From: Candidatus Poribacteria bacterium
GTDB lineage: Bacteria > Poribacteria > WGA-4E > UBA9662
Direction: 5' to 3'
Length of the DNA: 18,160 nt
Assembly (NCBI GenBank): GCA_046582655.1
Contig: JAYGDX010000384.1
Span: 1-18,160, forward strand
The notes below the pieces were generated by a model. That model saw only the letters and a list, made by a program, of their open reading frames with translations, was not told the origin of the DNA and did not search any database. Positions 17,829-18,160 of this stretch are shown here, one piece after another (the first letter of the stretch is position 1; the number at the start of each line of letters is the position of its first letter). The position numbers were made by a program, and so were the translations under genes.

Positions 17829-17921
17829 ATGGTGTTTAGCTTTACTAAAAATAAAGCACAGCCCACCCTGCCGAGTCAGGATAAACTTGCGATCGTCTGG
17901 GGCGCACTGAAAGTCAAATAG
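17829..17921 (+). pseudogene. Orphan C-terminal tail of a secreted protein
   Basis: ...PSQDKLAIVWGALKVK*, the same tail motif as the LamG gene, with no gene body upstream. Confidence 0.6.
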
Positions 17922-17984
17922 TTACTAGACTCACTTACTGATCGTTCACGCGAACTTCTTTCTATAACTGATTCTTGGTCAGTC

Positions 17985-18130
17985 CAGCATCCACGTCAGT
18001 CGGCGCCTTAATCCCACTTCACGGCGTGGATGCTGCGAGTGGCAAAGGGGATTCGCTCCGCGTTGGTCCTGTTTGTTGCACCGAGGGAATCTCTTATCGG
18101 GTCCTATATGAAGCTGGTGGGGCCCGCTAT
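17985..18130 (+). ncRNA. Candidate structured RNA (three consecutive hairpins)
   Basis: GC-rich non-coding stretch with stems CAGCATCCACGTC/GGCGTGGATGCTG, AGGGGATTC/GAATCTCTT and CGGGTCCTA/TGGGGCCCG. The non-Watson-Crick positions are all G-U on the plus strand. Confidence 0.5.
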
Positions 18131-18160
18131 CCATTTTGACACCTTCCTTCATAATTTCCA

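Noticed and set aside
17588..17866. 92-aa hydrophobic minus-strand ORF upstream of the RAPP leader
   Set aside because: AT-rich promoter-like DNA, no RBS or motif, and it overlaps the plus-strand tail relic.
18000..18130. Cobalamin, yybP or c-di-GMP riboswitch, or tRNA-Sec, as the identity of the structured region
   Set aside because: Only fragments (CGGTGCAA, GCCACT, AAAGGGGA, GGCAAA) are present; the ordered consensus elements are missing.
1..18160. CRISPR array, rRNA, tRNA, intact transposase or integron integrase
   Set aside because: No regularly spaced direct repeats, cloverleaf, or DDE/tyrosine-recombinase motifs seen.

Overview
AT-rich bacterial accessory region. It is probably from Candidatus Poribacteria or a related lineage, inferred from LamG-type proteins ending in a 'KLA-x-T/V-WG-x-I/L-K' tail. 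The left two thirds is a mosaic of cytoplasmic ankyrin-repeat genes (one intact, three broken by frameshifts or stops), VOC/glyoxalase genes, a SAM methyltransferase, ArfB, a frameshifted LamG gene, an FGE-sulfatase lipoprotein and short gene relics (TIR, serine-recombinase C-terminus, secreted-protein N- and C-termini). One convincing and several degenerate integron attC-like sites occur, with no integrase in view. The right end carries an intact minus-strand copper operon (DUF3347-like lipoprotein, TolC, Tat multicopper oxidase). It is led by a Cys-rich exported ORF ending in an RAPP ribosome-arrest motif whose codons can pair with the downstream Shine-Dalgarno. A three-hairpin candidate structured RNA lies at the window end.
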